The notes beneath the pieces were generated by a model that was given only the letters and a program-made list of their open reading frames with translations, searched no databases and had not been told where the DNA came from. DNA of 64,000 nt from Candidatus Velthaea sp. (GTDB taxonomy: Bacteria > Vulcanimicrobiota > Vulcanimicrobiia > Vulcanimicrobiales > Vulcanimicrobiaceae): contig CBDCCS010000016.1 in NCBI GenBank assembly GCA_965214935.1, positions 1-64,000 of the forward strand, in the 5' to 3' direction. Position 1 is the stretch's first letter. Each line of letters begins with the position of its first letter. Positions 29,524 to 40,015 of the stretch are shown here, piece by piece. A program made the position numbers and the translations under genes.

Positions 29524-31485
29524 GTGACGCGAACCGCGCGCCGAGTGAAAGCCGTGCTGTCAGCCGCGATCGTCGCACTCGGGCTCACAACCTTGGGTGC
29601 AGCGCCGCCGGCCGCGGTCCTGCGCGGCTTTAGCGCACAAAGCAGCGTGCGCGAACGGACCGTCGACTCGGAATTCGTCGACTTGCCCTCGGTTCAAAGC
29701 GCACTGGACGCGGCGCGAACGATCGCCGCGCGGGCACACTACGCCGGGACGCCGGGTGACTATGGGCTGGCCGTTTTCATGCGCGACCAATTGCGCAAAG
29801 CGGGGTTAACAGCCGAGCTCGAATCGTTTCGCGCGCGCGTCGATACGCCGCGGGAACTTGTCGTGGAATTTTCGCCGCCGGACGGCGCCGGGCGTGGCCG
29901 TCGGCACAAGGCGTCCGTAGCGCTCGACTTAGCCGAACGCGGTCAGCCCGGCGATCCGCCGACGAACGACCGCGGCATCGGGCTGCCGTTCAACGCAGGC
30001 AGCGCCGACGGCGACGTTCGGGCGCCCCTGACGTATGTCAACCGTGGACTCGAAGCCGACTACGCCACCCTGACGCAAGCCGGGCTCGATGTCCGCGGTT
30101 CGATCGTGCTCGTCCGGTATGGCGCGGAGTTTCGCGGCCTGCTCGCGCAACGCGCCCAACGCCACGGCGCTTCGGGCGCAATCTTTTATTCCGATCCGAG
30201 CGACGACGGCTTCGTTCGCGGACCTGCCGTTCCGGACGGTCCGTGGCGGCCCGCAACGTCCGTCGAGCGCGGCCCCGTCGGTCGCGACATTACGATCCCC
30301 ACTCTGCCCGTAGCGGCACCCAACGCGCAGATACTGCTGGCGTCGCTGCGCGGCAGTGCCGCCCCGGCGGGTTGGACGGGTGGATTGCCCGTGGCCTATC
30401 CGCTCGCCCGCAGCGCGCAACCCATTCACCTCATCGTCAAGCTCAATCGCCAAACCACCACGCTTTGGAACACCGTCGGCATCGTGCCCGGACTGCGTGC
30501 GGATCAGCAGGTGCTGCTCGGCGCGCAACGCGATGCGCCCGTCTACGGCGTCGGCATCGGCGCCGGGATCACGACCCTGCTTGAAGTCGCGCGTGGCTTT
30601 GGGTTCCTGTTACGCGGGGGCTGGCAACCGCAGCGCTCGATCGTCATCGCCGGCTGGGATGGAGAAGCAAACGGCTCGGCCGGATTAGAAGCGTACGAAC
30701 GCCGCCATCGCATCCAAATCGAACGCGGCTGCATCGCGTATCTCGATACAGCTCGTGACGTTACCGGGCCGGCCGTTCAGATCACCGGCGCGCCGGCCAT
30801 CGTCCCGCTCATTGCCGATGCCGCACGCAGCGTCTCGGATCCGGCTACACCATCGGCAACGTTGTTCGACCGGTTGCCGGCTGCACAGATTGCCCGCTCG
30901 AACGGCGCCGCTCGCGGCGATGAAGATCGCGCAGCCTTCCTGTTGACCGCCGGCGTACCTAACGCGAACATTCGTTTCGAGGGGCCGTTTGGGGTCGATA
31001 ACTCGAGCTACGATACGCTGCGCTACGCGCTGCGTTTTAGCGATCCGGGTTTTGGTTTGCACCGTGCCGCTGCGCAACTCTATGGCCTCGTCGCCCTGCA
31101 TCTGGCGGACGCCGACGCGGTGCCGTATACCTTCGGCGGCTATGCAGATCTGGTGCGGTCTGCAGTCGGGCGAATGACGCCGCGTAACGAGCAAGACCCG
31201 ACGGCCGCCGGCGTCACCGAGCTCGCCCGGTCGGCGAAACGCTTTGCCGGCGCGGCGGCACGAATGGATGCGCGCATCGAAGCGGCCGACGGTAGCGCAT
31301 CCGAGCGGGAAGTCCAAGCCGTACGGCTGTTGAACGCCTTACTCTTTGCCACCGCTGACCGCGCGCAGAGCGGATTCCGGGAGATCGATGCCGCCCGCCC
31401 GACGCGAAGCCCGGCTGTCGCGGCGGCGATCGACCGGACGGCGCAGACGCTCGTGCATGCCGCGGCTCTACTGGACGGCAGTTGA
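29524..31485 (+). CDS. Secreted PA-domain M28 (glutamate carboxypeptidase II/transferrin receptor-like) protein, probably non-catalytic
   Basis: Signal peptide; HYAGT, YVNRG, RYG..FRG, YSDP..DG, VERG, IPTLP, YD..SDPGF; Zn ligands substituted. Confidence 0.82.
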   Translation: MTRTARRVKAVLSAAIVALGLTTLGAAPPAAVLRGFSAQSSVRERTVDSEFVDLPSVQSALDAARTIAARAHYAGTPGDYGLAVFMRDQLRKAGLTAELESFRARVDTPRELVVEFSPPDGAGRGRRHKASVALDLAERGQPGDPPTNDRGIGLPFNAGSADGDVRAPLTYVNRGLEADYATLTQAGLDVRGSIVLVRYGAEFRGLLAQRAQRHGASGAIFYSDPSDDGFVRGPAVPDGPWRPATSVERGPVGRDITIPTLPVAAPNAQILLASLRGSAAPAGWTGGLPVAYPLARSAQPIHLIVKLNRQTTTLWNTVGIVPGLRADQQVLLGAQRDAPVYGVGIGAGITTLLEVARGFGFLLRGGWQPQRSIVIAGWDGEANGSAGLEAYERRHRIQIERGCIAYLDTARDVTGPAVQITGAPAIVPLIADAARSVSDPATPSATLFDRLPAAQIARSNGAARGDEDRAAFLLTAGVPNANIRFEGPFGVDNSSYDTLRYALRFSDPGFGLHRAAAQLYGLVALHLADADAVPYTFGGYADLVRSAVGRMTPRNEQDPTAAGVTELARSAKRFAGAAARMDARIEAADGSASEREVQAVRLLNALLFATADRAQSGFREIDAARPTRSPAVAAAIDRTAQTLVHAAALLDGS

Positions 31486-31584
31486 ATCGCAGCTGAATTC
31501 GAGCGGAGCGCTGCCCGGCTCGAGAATTGTAAAGACATTGCAACGTATGTTTCCTTGCCGTGCAGCGCAGCCGATAATCCTCGG

Positions 31585-34500
31585 ATGATCATCGACGAGC
31601 CGGCGCGGGCGGCCGCGCACGTGCGCGGCGAAACGAACGCTTCGCCGGGCGAGCAGAGCGTTCAACCTCACGGTATCTTCATGGTTTTAAGCGAGCCGGA
31701 TTTGCTCGTCGAAACGGTCAGCGCTAACATCGAAGCGTTGAGCGAAATTGCGCCGCACGAGCTTTTGGGACAGCGGCTCGACGCGTTCATGCACGCGACC
31801 GAGGCCCGTACGTTCGTCGGACAGTTACGCGAACCGCTGCTCGCTAACGTCAACCCACGGCTGCTGACGCTGATCGGCCGATCGAAGCACGAACGCCAAT
31901 TCGAATGTACGGTCGCGCGACGCGCCGGCGGCGGGTTGAGCGTCGAGCTCGAGTTGACCGATGCGCCGGCCAGACCGGCCCCTTACACGGACGTGCACGC
32001 GCCGATCGAGCGGCTGCAAAGCGCCGGCGACATCACGTCGCTGCTGCGAAGCGCGGCACACGACATGCGTGAAATGAGCGGCTTCGAACGGGTCGTCGTG
32101 TACCGCTTTGCGACGAACCGGCACGGCGATGCCGTTGCGCAAGCAGATGCGCCGGAGATCGATGCGCTTGTCGGACAGCCGCCGGCGAGCATCGAGATCT
32201 CGCCCGCAACGCGAACGTTTTTCTCGAGCAATTCGCTACTTGTCGTGCCCGACGCGCAATACGTCGGATCGCCGCTGATCTCGCACGACGCAGCAACATC
32301 GGCGCGACCCATCGATCTCACTCGGGCGACGCTGCGTAGTGCGCCGCCCGATGCGCTCGCGTGCATTCGCGCCGGCGGAAACCGCGCGGCATGTACGTTC
32401 TCAATCGTCATCGGCGAACAGCTCTGGGGTTTGATCGTTGCGACACACCGCACGCCGCGGCCGATGTACTATGCGCAGCGGGCGGTATGCGAACTTCTCG
32501 GTCGCATGCTCGAATGGCAGCTGGGCGTGCGTCTCGAAGCGGAATTGCACGTGCGGCGGACGCGCGACGCTACGCTGCACAATCAAATTAGCGCACAGCT
32601 GGATTCGCATCCCGACGTTGCCGCTGCACTCATTGCATGTGCACCGCAGGTGATCGAGCTGTTTGCAGCTAGCGGCATTGCGGTGCAGATCGGAAATGCA
32701 TTTAGCTGTTACGGAGCGGCTCCGGGCGATGCACTCGGCGCCAGGACGATTGCAGTGGCGGTATCACGCCGCGATGCAGCCGCCGTCGTGACGGCGACTG
32801 ACCGGCTTGCCGCGCTGCTGCTGGAATCACCCGGCTCGCCGCCGGCCGGAGCCCTTTGTATCCGGCTCAGTGAAGACGGCCGGGATTTTCTTCTGATCTA
32901 TCGGTCACCGGCCCCGAGCGCCGGTTCTGCCGAAGCCGACGTTCGCGCCGTCAGCTTGCCGTGGACGGACGCCGATTTCGAGGCCGCCGAGACGCTGGCA
33001 AAACGTATGCTTTTGCGGGTGGGGCACCTAACGCGTACGCGCGCGGAACATATCACGCACCTCAATGCGAATCTCGAGCGCCGCAACGCGCAAGCCGAAG
33101 CGCTCATCGTGCTACAGGACGATGTCGCGGCGGCTTTACCTTCGCGGACCGCCGTCATCGAAGTCATCTTAGCTTTTGCCCAGCGTCAAGTCCCCGCCGA
33201 CGGCTGCAGCTTCGAGATCATCACGGCGGGCGCCGTCGTTTGTGAAGCCGCAACCGGAGTGCTGGCGCCGCGCGCCGGCTCGCGCCAAGCGAGCGCCGAT
33301 ACATTTTCGGGACGCTGCGCCGAGCTGCATCAAACCCTCGTCAGCAGCGACATTGCAACCGAAACGGACGGCGCCGAGCGCGAATTCTGCGCGCATGCAT
33401 CTATCATGTCGCTACTGGCCGTGCCGATCACGCTTGCGCCGGAAACTACCGTTATTCTCAAAGTTGCGGCGCTTCGGCGCTGGGCATTTAACGATAACGA
33501 CACGCAAACACTTAAATTGGCCGCTACGACGCTGCGCAGTGCGCTGCGAGCGGCACAAAAATTCACCGCGCTCGCCGCAGCGGAACTCGAACAGCGAACC
33601 TATGCGCGACAGCTGCGCGCGCTGCATGCCATTGCCAGCACCACGACGAGTCATCGCAAGGATCAGATCGATGCCGCGCTGCACCTCGGTCTGGCACAAC
33701 TTGGTTTAAACTGGGCGTTTCTCGGCGTTATCGATCACGCTGCACAGGAGTTCGTGATCGAAAGCAGCGTGAGCGATGACGACGTCCTCGTCGCTCGAAA
33801 CGGCGCACGCATGCCGCTGACCCGAACCATCGTCGGCCAAGCCGCGGATTCGAGGGGGGTGATCATCGTGCAGGATGTTGCCGCATTGCTCGAACGTCCG
33901 CTCTTTAGCGGCTGGAAGTCGTTCATCGCGGTGCCGCTGTTTATCGGGCGGACGAAATACGGCCTCATCGGCTTTACGTCGCGCGAAGTTCGGCCGGAGC
34001 CGTTTTCCGATGCAAACATCGAGTTCATCGCGGTCGCGGGCGAGCTGATCGCTTCGGCGATCGAGCGCGGTCTGCAACGCGATCAACTTGAAAACAGCGA
34101 GATGCGCTACCGCGCTCTGAGCGAAGCGATACCGCAGATGTTATGGGTGATCGACGCAAACAATCAGTTCGAGTACGTCAACGAACGTTTCACGGCATAC
34201 AGCGGGTTGACGCTGGACGACACGCGCGACGACGGCAGCGGCATGTACCATCCCGACGACGTCGACGAGCTCGGCTTACAGGCCGCGTTGCCCGCAGTTG
34301 AATGCGATTTCGAGGTGCGCGTGCGGCGCGCCGACGGCGTCTATCATTGGCACTTGTTGCGCAGCGTCCCGTTTCGCGGCATGCCGGACGATCGCGAGAA
34401 GTGGCTGGTGACGGCCACCGATATTGAATCGCGCAAATCGGCTGAAACGCTGTTGGCCGACGTGCACGATGCCGCGCTTGCCGCAACCGAAGCAAAATCG

Positions 34501-36030
34501 CGCTTCTTAGCCACGATGAGTCACGAGATCCGAACGCCGATGAACGGCGTCATCGGAATGACCGAATTACTGTTACTTACGTCGCTCAATGACGAGCAGC
34601 GAGAATATACCGGCGTCATTCGTGATTCCGGCCAGTCGCTTTTACGCGTCCTCAACGACATTCTCGATTACTCGAAAATCGAAGCCGGTAAACTCGAGCT
34701 TGAAACCGTTGAATTCGATCTGCCCGGGCAGATCGAATCCGTCGTTGAATTGTTGCGGCCCGGCTTTACCGCGAAGGACGTCGCGCTTTCAACCATCATC
34801 GCTCCCGATGTCCGCACCGGCGTCGTCGGCGATCCCGGCCGCTTGCGGCAGATCTTACTCAACCTCACCGGCAACGCGCTGAAATTTACGGCCGGCGGCG
34901 GACGCGTCGAGATCTTCGTTTCAACCGGCTCGGCCGAAGCGGACACGTGTCCGGTGCGCTTTACCATTAAAGATACCGGCATCGGCATGATTCCCGAAGT
35001 GCTCGAACGGCTGTTTCAGCCGTTTTCCCAAGGCGACGAATCGACAACGCGCAAGTACGGCGGAACGGGTCTGGGTCTGTCGATCTCAGCCGAACTCGTC
35101 GCGCTCATGGGCGGTGAAATCGGTGTCGCCAGCGTGGCCGGTCGCGGCTCCGAGTTTTGGTTCGTTATCCCGTTTCGGCTCGCGCCGAATTCGCAGAAAG
35201 TCGCCGATGCGCGTAAACGGTCCCCCCGACGCAGTCAGCCGGCACCGATCCGTTCCGAGCGGATATTGCTCGTTGAAGATAATGAGATCAACACGTTCCT
35301 CGCGCTCAAACAGTTACAGCGTTTAGGCTTCGCCGTTACAGCCGTAATTGACGGACGGCGCGCGGTCGAGACCGTCGCACGCGAAGACTACGACTTAGTC
35401 TTGATGGACTGCCATATGCCCGAGATGGACGGTTTTGAGGCGACGCGCGCGATCCGCCGTGCGGAACCCGCCGGCGCACATTTGCCGATCGTCGCGATGA
35501 CGGCCGACGCGCGCGACGAAGATCATCAGAACTGCCTGCTTGCCGGAATGGACGATTTCATCACCAAACCGACAAACCTCGACAGCCTCAAAGGCGTACT
35601 CGACCGCTGGCTGCCGGCACCCGAACGGCGGCGCGCGTCGCGGCCCGGGACGCAGCCGCTCAGTGCCGCGCCGACGCTGGGCATGGCGATGCTGCTCGAG
35701 ATCTTCAACGGCGATCGCAACGCCGTGATCGACTTACTGACTGCGGCTCTCGGTTCGATCAACGGTGATTTCAAACGCATTGAAGTCGCCGCTGCCGAAC
35801 GCGATTTCGAGACGGTCATCGAAGCCGCACACCGGCTCAAGGGGACCGGCGGCAGCATTCGTTCCGCCCGACTCGTCGAAATTTGCTCGGCGATTCAAAG
35901 CCAAGCGCGCGCCGAACCGGCGACGATTCCACTGGCGCTTTTGGCTGAATTGCGCGCCGGCGTTTCAGCGGTAACGGCCGAAATCGCCTCGCTCAAGAAA
36001 GGCGTCGACAGCGGGCGCAACGGCGTCTAA
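31585..36030 (+). CDS. Hybrid histidine kinase: phytochrome-like PAS-GAF-PHY, 2 GAF, PAS, HisKA-HATPase, REC, HPt
   Basis: VQPHG, GFERVVVYRF, LWGLIV, SLPW; MSHEIRTPMNG, NALKFT, DTGIG, GGTGLGL; LMDCHMPEMDG; AHRLKG. Confidence 0.92.
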   Translation: MIIDEPARAAAHVRGETNASPGEQSVQPHGIFMVLSEPDLLVETVSANIEALSEIAPHELLGQRLDAFMHATEARTFVGQLREPLLANVNPRLLTLIGRSKHERQFECTVARRAGGGLSVELELTDAPARPAPYTDVHAPIERLQSAGDITSLLRSAAHDMREMSGFERVVVYRFATNRHGDAVAQADAPEIDALVGQPPASIEISPATRTFFSSNSLLVVPDAQYVGSPLISHDAATSARPIDLTRATLRSAPPDALACIRAGGNRAACTFSIVIGEQLWGLIVATHRTPRPMYYAQRAVCELLGRMLEWQLGVRLEAELHVRRTRDATLHNQISAQLDSHPDVAAALIACAPQVIELFAASGIAVQIGNAFSCYGAAPGDALGARTIAVAVSRRDAAAVVTATDRLAALLLESPGSPPAGALCIRLSEDGRDFLLIYRSPAPSAGSAEADVRAVSLPWTDADFEAAETLAKRMLLRVGHLTRTRAEHITHLNANLERRNAQAEALIVLQDDVAAALPSRTAVIEVILAFAQRQVPADGCSFEIITAGAVVCEAATGVLAPRAGSRQASADTFSGRCAELHQTLVSSDIATETDGAEREFCAHASIMSLLAVPITLAPETTVILKVAALRRWAFNDNDTQTLKLAATTLRSALRAAQKFTALAAAELEQRTYARQLRALHAIASTTTSHRKDQIDAALHLGLAQLGLNWAFLGVIDHAAQEFVIESSVSDDDVLVARNGARMPLTRTIVGQAADSRGVIIVQDVAALLERPLFSGWKSFIAVPLFIGRTKYGLIGFTSREVRPEPFSDANIEFIAVAGELIASAIERGLQRDQLENSEMRYRALSEAIPQMLWVIDANNQFEYVNERFTAYSGLTLDDTRDDGSGMYHPDDVDELGLQAALPAVECDFEVRVRRADGVYHWHLLRSVPFRGMPDDREKWLVTATDIESRKSAETLLADVHDAALAATEAKSRFLATMSHEIRTPMNGVIGMTELLLLTSLNDEQREYTGVIRDSGQSLLRVLNDILDYSKIEAGKLELETVEFDLPGQIESVVELLRPGFTAKDVALSTIIAPDVRTGVVGDPGRLRQILLNLTGNALKFTAGGGRVEIFVSTGSAEADTCPVRFTIKDTGIGMIPEVLERLFQPFSQGDESTTRKYGGTGLGLSISAELVALMGGEIGVASVAGRGSEFWFVIPFRLAPNSQKVADARKRSPRRSQPAPIRSERILLVEDNEINTFLALKQLQRLGFAVTAVIDGRRAVETVAREDYDLVLMDCHMPEMDGFEATRAIRRAEPAGAHLPIVAMTADARDEDHQNCLLAGMDDFITKPTNLDSLKGVLDRWLPAPERRRASRPGTQPLSAAPTLGMAMLLEIFNGDRNAVIDLLTAALGSINGDFKRIEVAAAERDFETVIEAAHRLKGTGGSIRSARLVEICSAIQSQARAEPATIPLALLAELRAGVSAVTAEIASLKKGVDSGRNGV

Positions 36031-36036
36031 GCGCGC

Positions 36037-36879
36037 ATGCGCGTTACGATTCTGGGCTCGTCCGGTTTCATCGGCCGTCACCTGACCGCGGCACTCCAGG
36101 CACGCGGCGACGAAGTGATCGGTGTTTCGCTGCGCGATCCGGCCCAGGCCGCGGCTGCGAGCGACGGCAGCGATGCGGTCATCAATCTGGCCGGCGCACC
36201 GGTCGCGGAGCGCTGGACGCCGGCGCACAAACGTGACATCGAGCGATCGCGCGTCGAAGTGCCGCGGGCGTATCTCGCAGCGCTCGAACGCGTGCACCGC
36301 AAGCCGGCTCAGTACATCTCCGCGTCGGCGATCGGCTACTACGGCACGAGCCGGACGGCAACGTTTATCGAATCGAGCCCGCCCGGCTCCGATTTTCTCG
36401 CTCGCGTGTGTATCGGTTGGGAAGCCGAAGCGGCGCGCGCCCGCGACCTTGGTCTACGCGTCGCACTCGTCCGAACCGGGCTCGTGCTCGGCGCCGACGG
36501 CGGTGCGCTCGCCAAACTTCTGCCGCTATTCAAAATCGGCGTCGGCGGCGTGGTTGCAAGCGGCGAGCAATGGTATTCGTGGATTCATATCGACGATCAA
36601 GTGGGCATCTACTTACACGCGCTCGACGGTGTCGACGGCGTGCTGAATGCAACGGCACCCAACCCGGTGATCAACCGCACATTCACAACGGCACTCGGCG
36701 CAGCCGTCCATCGTCCGACGTTCTTACCGACGCCGGCGATTGCACTGTCACTGGTGCTGGGCGAAGGCGCCGTCGTCGTTACCGAAGGTCAGCGCGTGCT
36801 GCCGCAAGCAACGCTCGCGGGCGGCTATCAATTTCGTTATCCATCGATCGATGAGGCACTGACCGCGATCGTTGCATAG
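36037..36879 (+). CDS. TIGR01777-family epimerase-like oxidoreductase
   Basis: GSSGFIG, INLAG, SAIGYYG, WE, RTGLVL, GEQWYSWIHIDD, GQRVLP. Confidence 0.92.
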   Translation: MRVTILGSSGFIGRHLTAALQARGDEVIGVSLRDPAQAAAASDGSDAVINLAGAPVAERWTPAHKRDIERSRVEVPRAYLAALERVHRKPAQYISASAIGYYGTSRTATFIESSPPGSDFLARVCIGWEAEAARARDLGLRVALVRTGLVLGADGGALAKLLPLFKIGVGGVVASGEQWYSWIHIDDQVGIYLHALDGVDGVLNATAPNPVINRTFTTALGAAVHRPTFLPTPAIALSLVLGEGAVVVTEGQRVLPQATLAGGYQFRYPSIDEALTAIVA

Positions 36880-36965
36880 GGTCTGTCCGGCGCGGTACCG
36901 GCGGTCGCGAACGAATGGAAACCAGGCTGCGTTTGATGGGTAATATCTGCGCAAAGGAAACACCT

Positions 36966-37670
36966 ATGCTACATAAATTCGCAAGCGCCGTCGCAGCGCT
37001 GTCGTTAGCTGCTGCGATTCCGGCGGCGGTCATCGCTCAAGTCAACATCGGTCAGCCGGTTCTACCGTCGCAAACCGTGCTGACGGGCACGCTCGAACAT
37101 CCGGTCAACACGAAAACCGCGCAAGCGACGGATCAATTTGTCCTCGATATTCAGCCGCCGTATCCGGGCGACGATCAACGTCTCAACGGTGCACGCGTGA
37201 TCGGACATCTGGCTGCCGTCGATCGTGCTTCAGGTGCGAAAAAGGGTAGCGTTACTCTGGCCTTCGATCGACTGATGTTGGCGGACGGCACCGAAGCGTC
37301 GATGTCGGGGCAGATGCTTTCGACGCAAGGCCAGCAGGGCGGAAACACGGCCGGCCGTGCAATTGTCGGCGGTGTGCTCGGTCAGATCGTCGGCAACTAT
37401 ATCGGCAAACACATCGGGACCGACGTCGGCGGCGCAGTCGGCGCGATCGGCGGTGCGGTCGCCGGCGCGAGCCTCGGAACGAACGTAACGCTGCCGCAGG
37501 GTTCGACGGTGCAATTCAAGACGACCGCGGCAGCGGTCGTGACCGGCCGCCGCCAAGCCGGCTCGTACAATCCATCCGGCGCGTATAATCCGCCGGTTCC
37601 GCAAGCACCGCCGGTGCCGGTGTACAGCCAGCCCACGCAACCCTATCCGGCGCCTTCGCCGACGATTTAA
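36966..37670 (+). CDS. Secreted glycine-zipper protein with Pro-rich tail
   Basis: AAGGAAA RBS; signal peptide; GGVLG..IG..GGAVGAIGGAVAG. Confidence 0.7.
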   Translation: MLHKFASAVAALSLAAAIPAAVIAQVNIGQPVLPSQTVLTGTLEHPVNTKTAQATDQFVLDIQPPYPGDDQRLNGARVIGHLAAVDRASGAKKGSVTLAFDRLMLADGTEASMSGQMLSTQGQQGGNTAGRAIVGGVLGQIVGNYIGKHIGTDVGGAVGAIGGAVAGASLGTNVTLPQGSTVQFKTTAAAVVTGRRQAGSYNPSGAYNPPVPQAPPVPVYSQPTQPYPAPSPTI

Positions 37671-37692
37671 GCCAAGCGCGATTTCGAGGCGT

Positions 37693-38649
37693 TCAAGCCG
37701 GCACGGCTTCCACCACGTGCCGGTCTTCAAGCGCCTCAAGGTAGCGCTCCGCTTCGAGTGCCGCTTTGCAACCCGAGCCGGCCGCCGTGATGGCCTGCTT
37801 ATAGCGAATATCGAACACGTCGCCGCCGACGAATACTCCGCTAACATTGGTCGATACGCCGTCTCGCGACACGATGTAGCCTTGCGCATCGAGGTCGATG
37901 TGTTCGGCGAAGATTGCCGTGTTGGGGTCGTGCCCGATCGCGATGAACAGCGCATCGGCTGCAAAGGTCGTCACTGCTTGAGTGACGACATTGCGCAACG
38001 TCAGCGCATCGACATGCTCGTCTCCGCTCACCGCATCGACCGCGGTATTCCAAATAACGTCGATCTTCGGATGGTTGAGCGCACGATCGGCCATGATTTT
38101 GCTCGCGCGAAAACTCGACTTGCGATGAACGATCGTGACCTGTCGCGCAAAACGCGTCAAGAACGTCGCTTCTTCCATCGCCGAATCTCCGCCGCCGACG
38201 ACGACGATATGCTTGTCGCGAAAGAACGCACCGTCGCAGGTCGCGCACGTCGAAACGCCGCGACCGCGTAGGCGTGCCTCGCCCGGTATGTTGAGCCAGC
38301 GCGCACTCGCGCCGGTCGCGACGATAACGGAATCAGCAGTATACTCGTGCTCGGCGCTGCGCACGACGAACGGCCGTCGTGAGAAATCGACATACGTTAC
38401 ATCGACATTGTGGATGACGGCGCCGAAGCGCTCCGCCTGCACGCGAAACGATTCCATCAAATCGGCACCCATAACGCCCTCGGCGAAACCCGGATAATTC
38501 TCGACTTCAGTCGTGAACATCAACTGGCCGCCGTACATATGCCCGGCAAACACGACCGGCGCCAAGTTACCGCGGGCGGCATAGATAGCCGACGTCAGCC
38601 CGGCGGGACCGGATCCGATGATGATAACTTTGGCGTGTGTAACGGACAT
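37693..38649 (-). CDS. trxB: Thioredoxin reductase
   Basis: GSGPAG, GGQL, VENYPGF, CATCDG, GGGDSAMEE, QAITAAG. Confidence 0.97.
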   Translation of the reverse strand: MSVTHAKVIIIGSGPAGLTSAIYAARGNLAPVVFAGHMYGGQLMFTTEVENYPGFAEGVMGADLMESFRVQAERFGAVIHNVDVTYVDFSRRPFVVRSAEHEYTADSVIVATGASARWLNIPGEARLRGRGVSTCATCDGAFFRDKHIVVVGGGDSAMEEATFLTRFARQVTIVHRKSSFRASKIMADRALNHPKIDVIWNTAVDAVSGDEHVDALTLRNVVTQAVTTFAADALFIAIGHDPNTAIFAEHIDLDAQGYIVSRDGVSTNVSGVFVGGDVFDIRYKQAITAAGSGCKAALEAERYLEALEDRHVVEAVPA

Positions 38650-38748
38650 GTCGAATCCTTCAACCCGGAATCTTCGCCGTCGGGTGCGGCACATTCGGCG
38701 CTAGCGGGCTACCGGACGCGGGCACGACGCTGTCGTAACCGCTACGAC

Positions 38749-40005
38749 GTGCAAGCACATGCGCGGCGCGACGTCATCCTCGTGACGCTCGCCGGATTGG
38801 TTCTGCGATTATGTTGTCTCGGCCAGCCCGGTCACATCGTGGACCTGATGACTTTCGGACAATGGGCGCTCAACGCAGCGGACAACCCTTGGGATCGCGC
38901 CTACGAAGTCACCAACGCGAATTACCCGCCCGGCGCTTTGGTGTTCTTCGAGCTGATCGGTCGCAGCTACCGGCTCGCCGTGCATGCCGATCCCGATGGC
39001 CAAGCTCTGCGCATCGCGCTCAAACTGCCCAATGTGATTTTCGACCTTGTCGGCGGCGCAATCGCCTATGCGATCGCCCGACGCTTCACCGGCCATCGCG
39101 AAGCCCTCATTGCCATGCTCTTCATCGACCTCAATCCGGCGATGGTCTACGACTCAAGTCTCTGGGGCCAGAACGACTCGATTACCACCGTAACGGCACT
39201 TGCAGCGCTGGGGTGCATGCTCGCGCAATGGCGCGTTGCGGCCTGGATTTTGCTTGCATTCGCCGCGCTCAATAAGCCGCCGGTTATCGTCCTGGCACCG
39301 CTGTTTTTGCTTGAAGCGTTCGGTGCCGGCGCCGCGGAACGTCGCCGGCGCCTCGCCGCGACGCTCATCGGTTTCGCCGGCGCAGGCGTGTGCGGTTATT
39401 TGACGGCGCTTCCGTTTTACACCGACCGCTCGGTGTGGGGCGTTTACGGCCGGATGTTCGATTGGTATCGAATCGGCTCGTCGCTTTATCCGTTTTCGTC
39501 AGCCAACGCCTTTAACGTGTACGCACTTTTCGGCGACTTCTTTGCGTCCGATACTACGGGCGTTCTAATGCCGCTCAAAGATTGGGCCGACCTGTGGTTC
39601 ATCGCTCTTGCCGCCGGCGTGTTCCTGCGCTATGCGCGGCGGCGCGACGATCGTGCGTTGCTTGAAGCGGCCTTTCTCATCATGCTCGGCTTCTTTCTCG
39701 TGCTCACCGAAATGCACGAACGCTATTTAATCTACGCCTTGACCTTGGTAGCGCCGCTTACCGCACTCGACCGGCGGTATCTCGCATTCGCCGTTGCACT
39801 CAGCATCACGCAATGGCTCAATCTCGAATACTCTCTCACCTATATGTGGGTCGAGTCCGACAAGCCCGCAGGGATCAATCCAAACGAGTTCGCGCCGGTA
39901 CTCGTCCACCTCTGTGCGTTGACGAACATTGCCGTATTCGGTCTTGCACTGCGCGGCTTTTTCCGTTCGAGCGCGGAGACAAGGGGCCGCCCGGCTTCAG
40001 CCTAA
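38749..40005 (+). CDS. GT-C fold multi-TM glycosyltransferase (mannosyltransferase-like)
   Basis: NYPPG, LKLP, NP..YDS..WGQND, K, NAFN, EMHERY; GTG at 38749. Confidence 0.78.
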   Translation: MQAHARRDVILVTLAGLVLRLCCLGQPGHIVDLMTFGQWALNAADNPWDRAYEVTNANYPPGALVFFELIGRSYRLAVHADPDGQALRIALKLPNVIFDLVGGAIAYAIARRFTGHREALIAMLFIDLNPAMVYDSSLWGQNDSITTVTALAALGCMLAQWRVAAWILLAFAALNKPPVIVLAPLFLLEAFGAGAAERRRRLAATLIGFAGAGVCGYLTALPFYTDRSVWGVYGRMFDWYRIGSSLYPFSSANAFNVYALFGDFFASDTTGVLMPLKDWADLWFIALAAGVFLRYARRRDDRALLEAAFLIMLGFFLVLTEMHERYLIYALTLVAPLTALDRRYLAFAVALSITQWLNLEYSLTYMWVESDKPAGINPNEFAPVLVHLCALTNIAVFGLALRGFFRSSAETRGRPASA

Positions 40006-40015
40006 ACCAGCGCTG

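Noticed and set aside
38410..38748. N-terminal extension of the GT-C ORF
   Set aside because: Mostly antisense to trxB; membrane-protein character starts at 38749.
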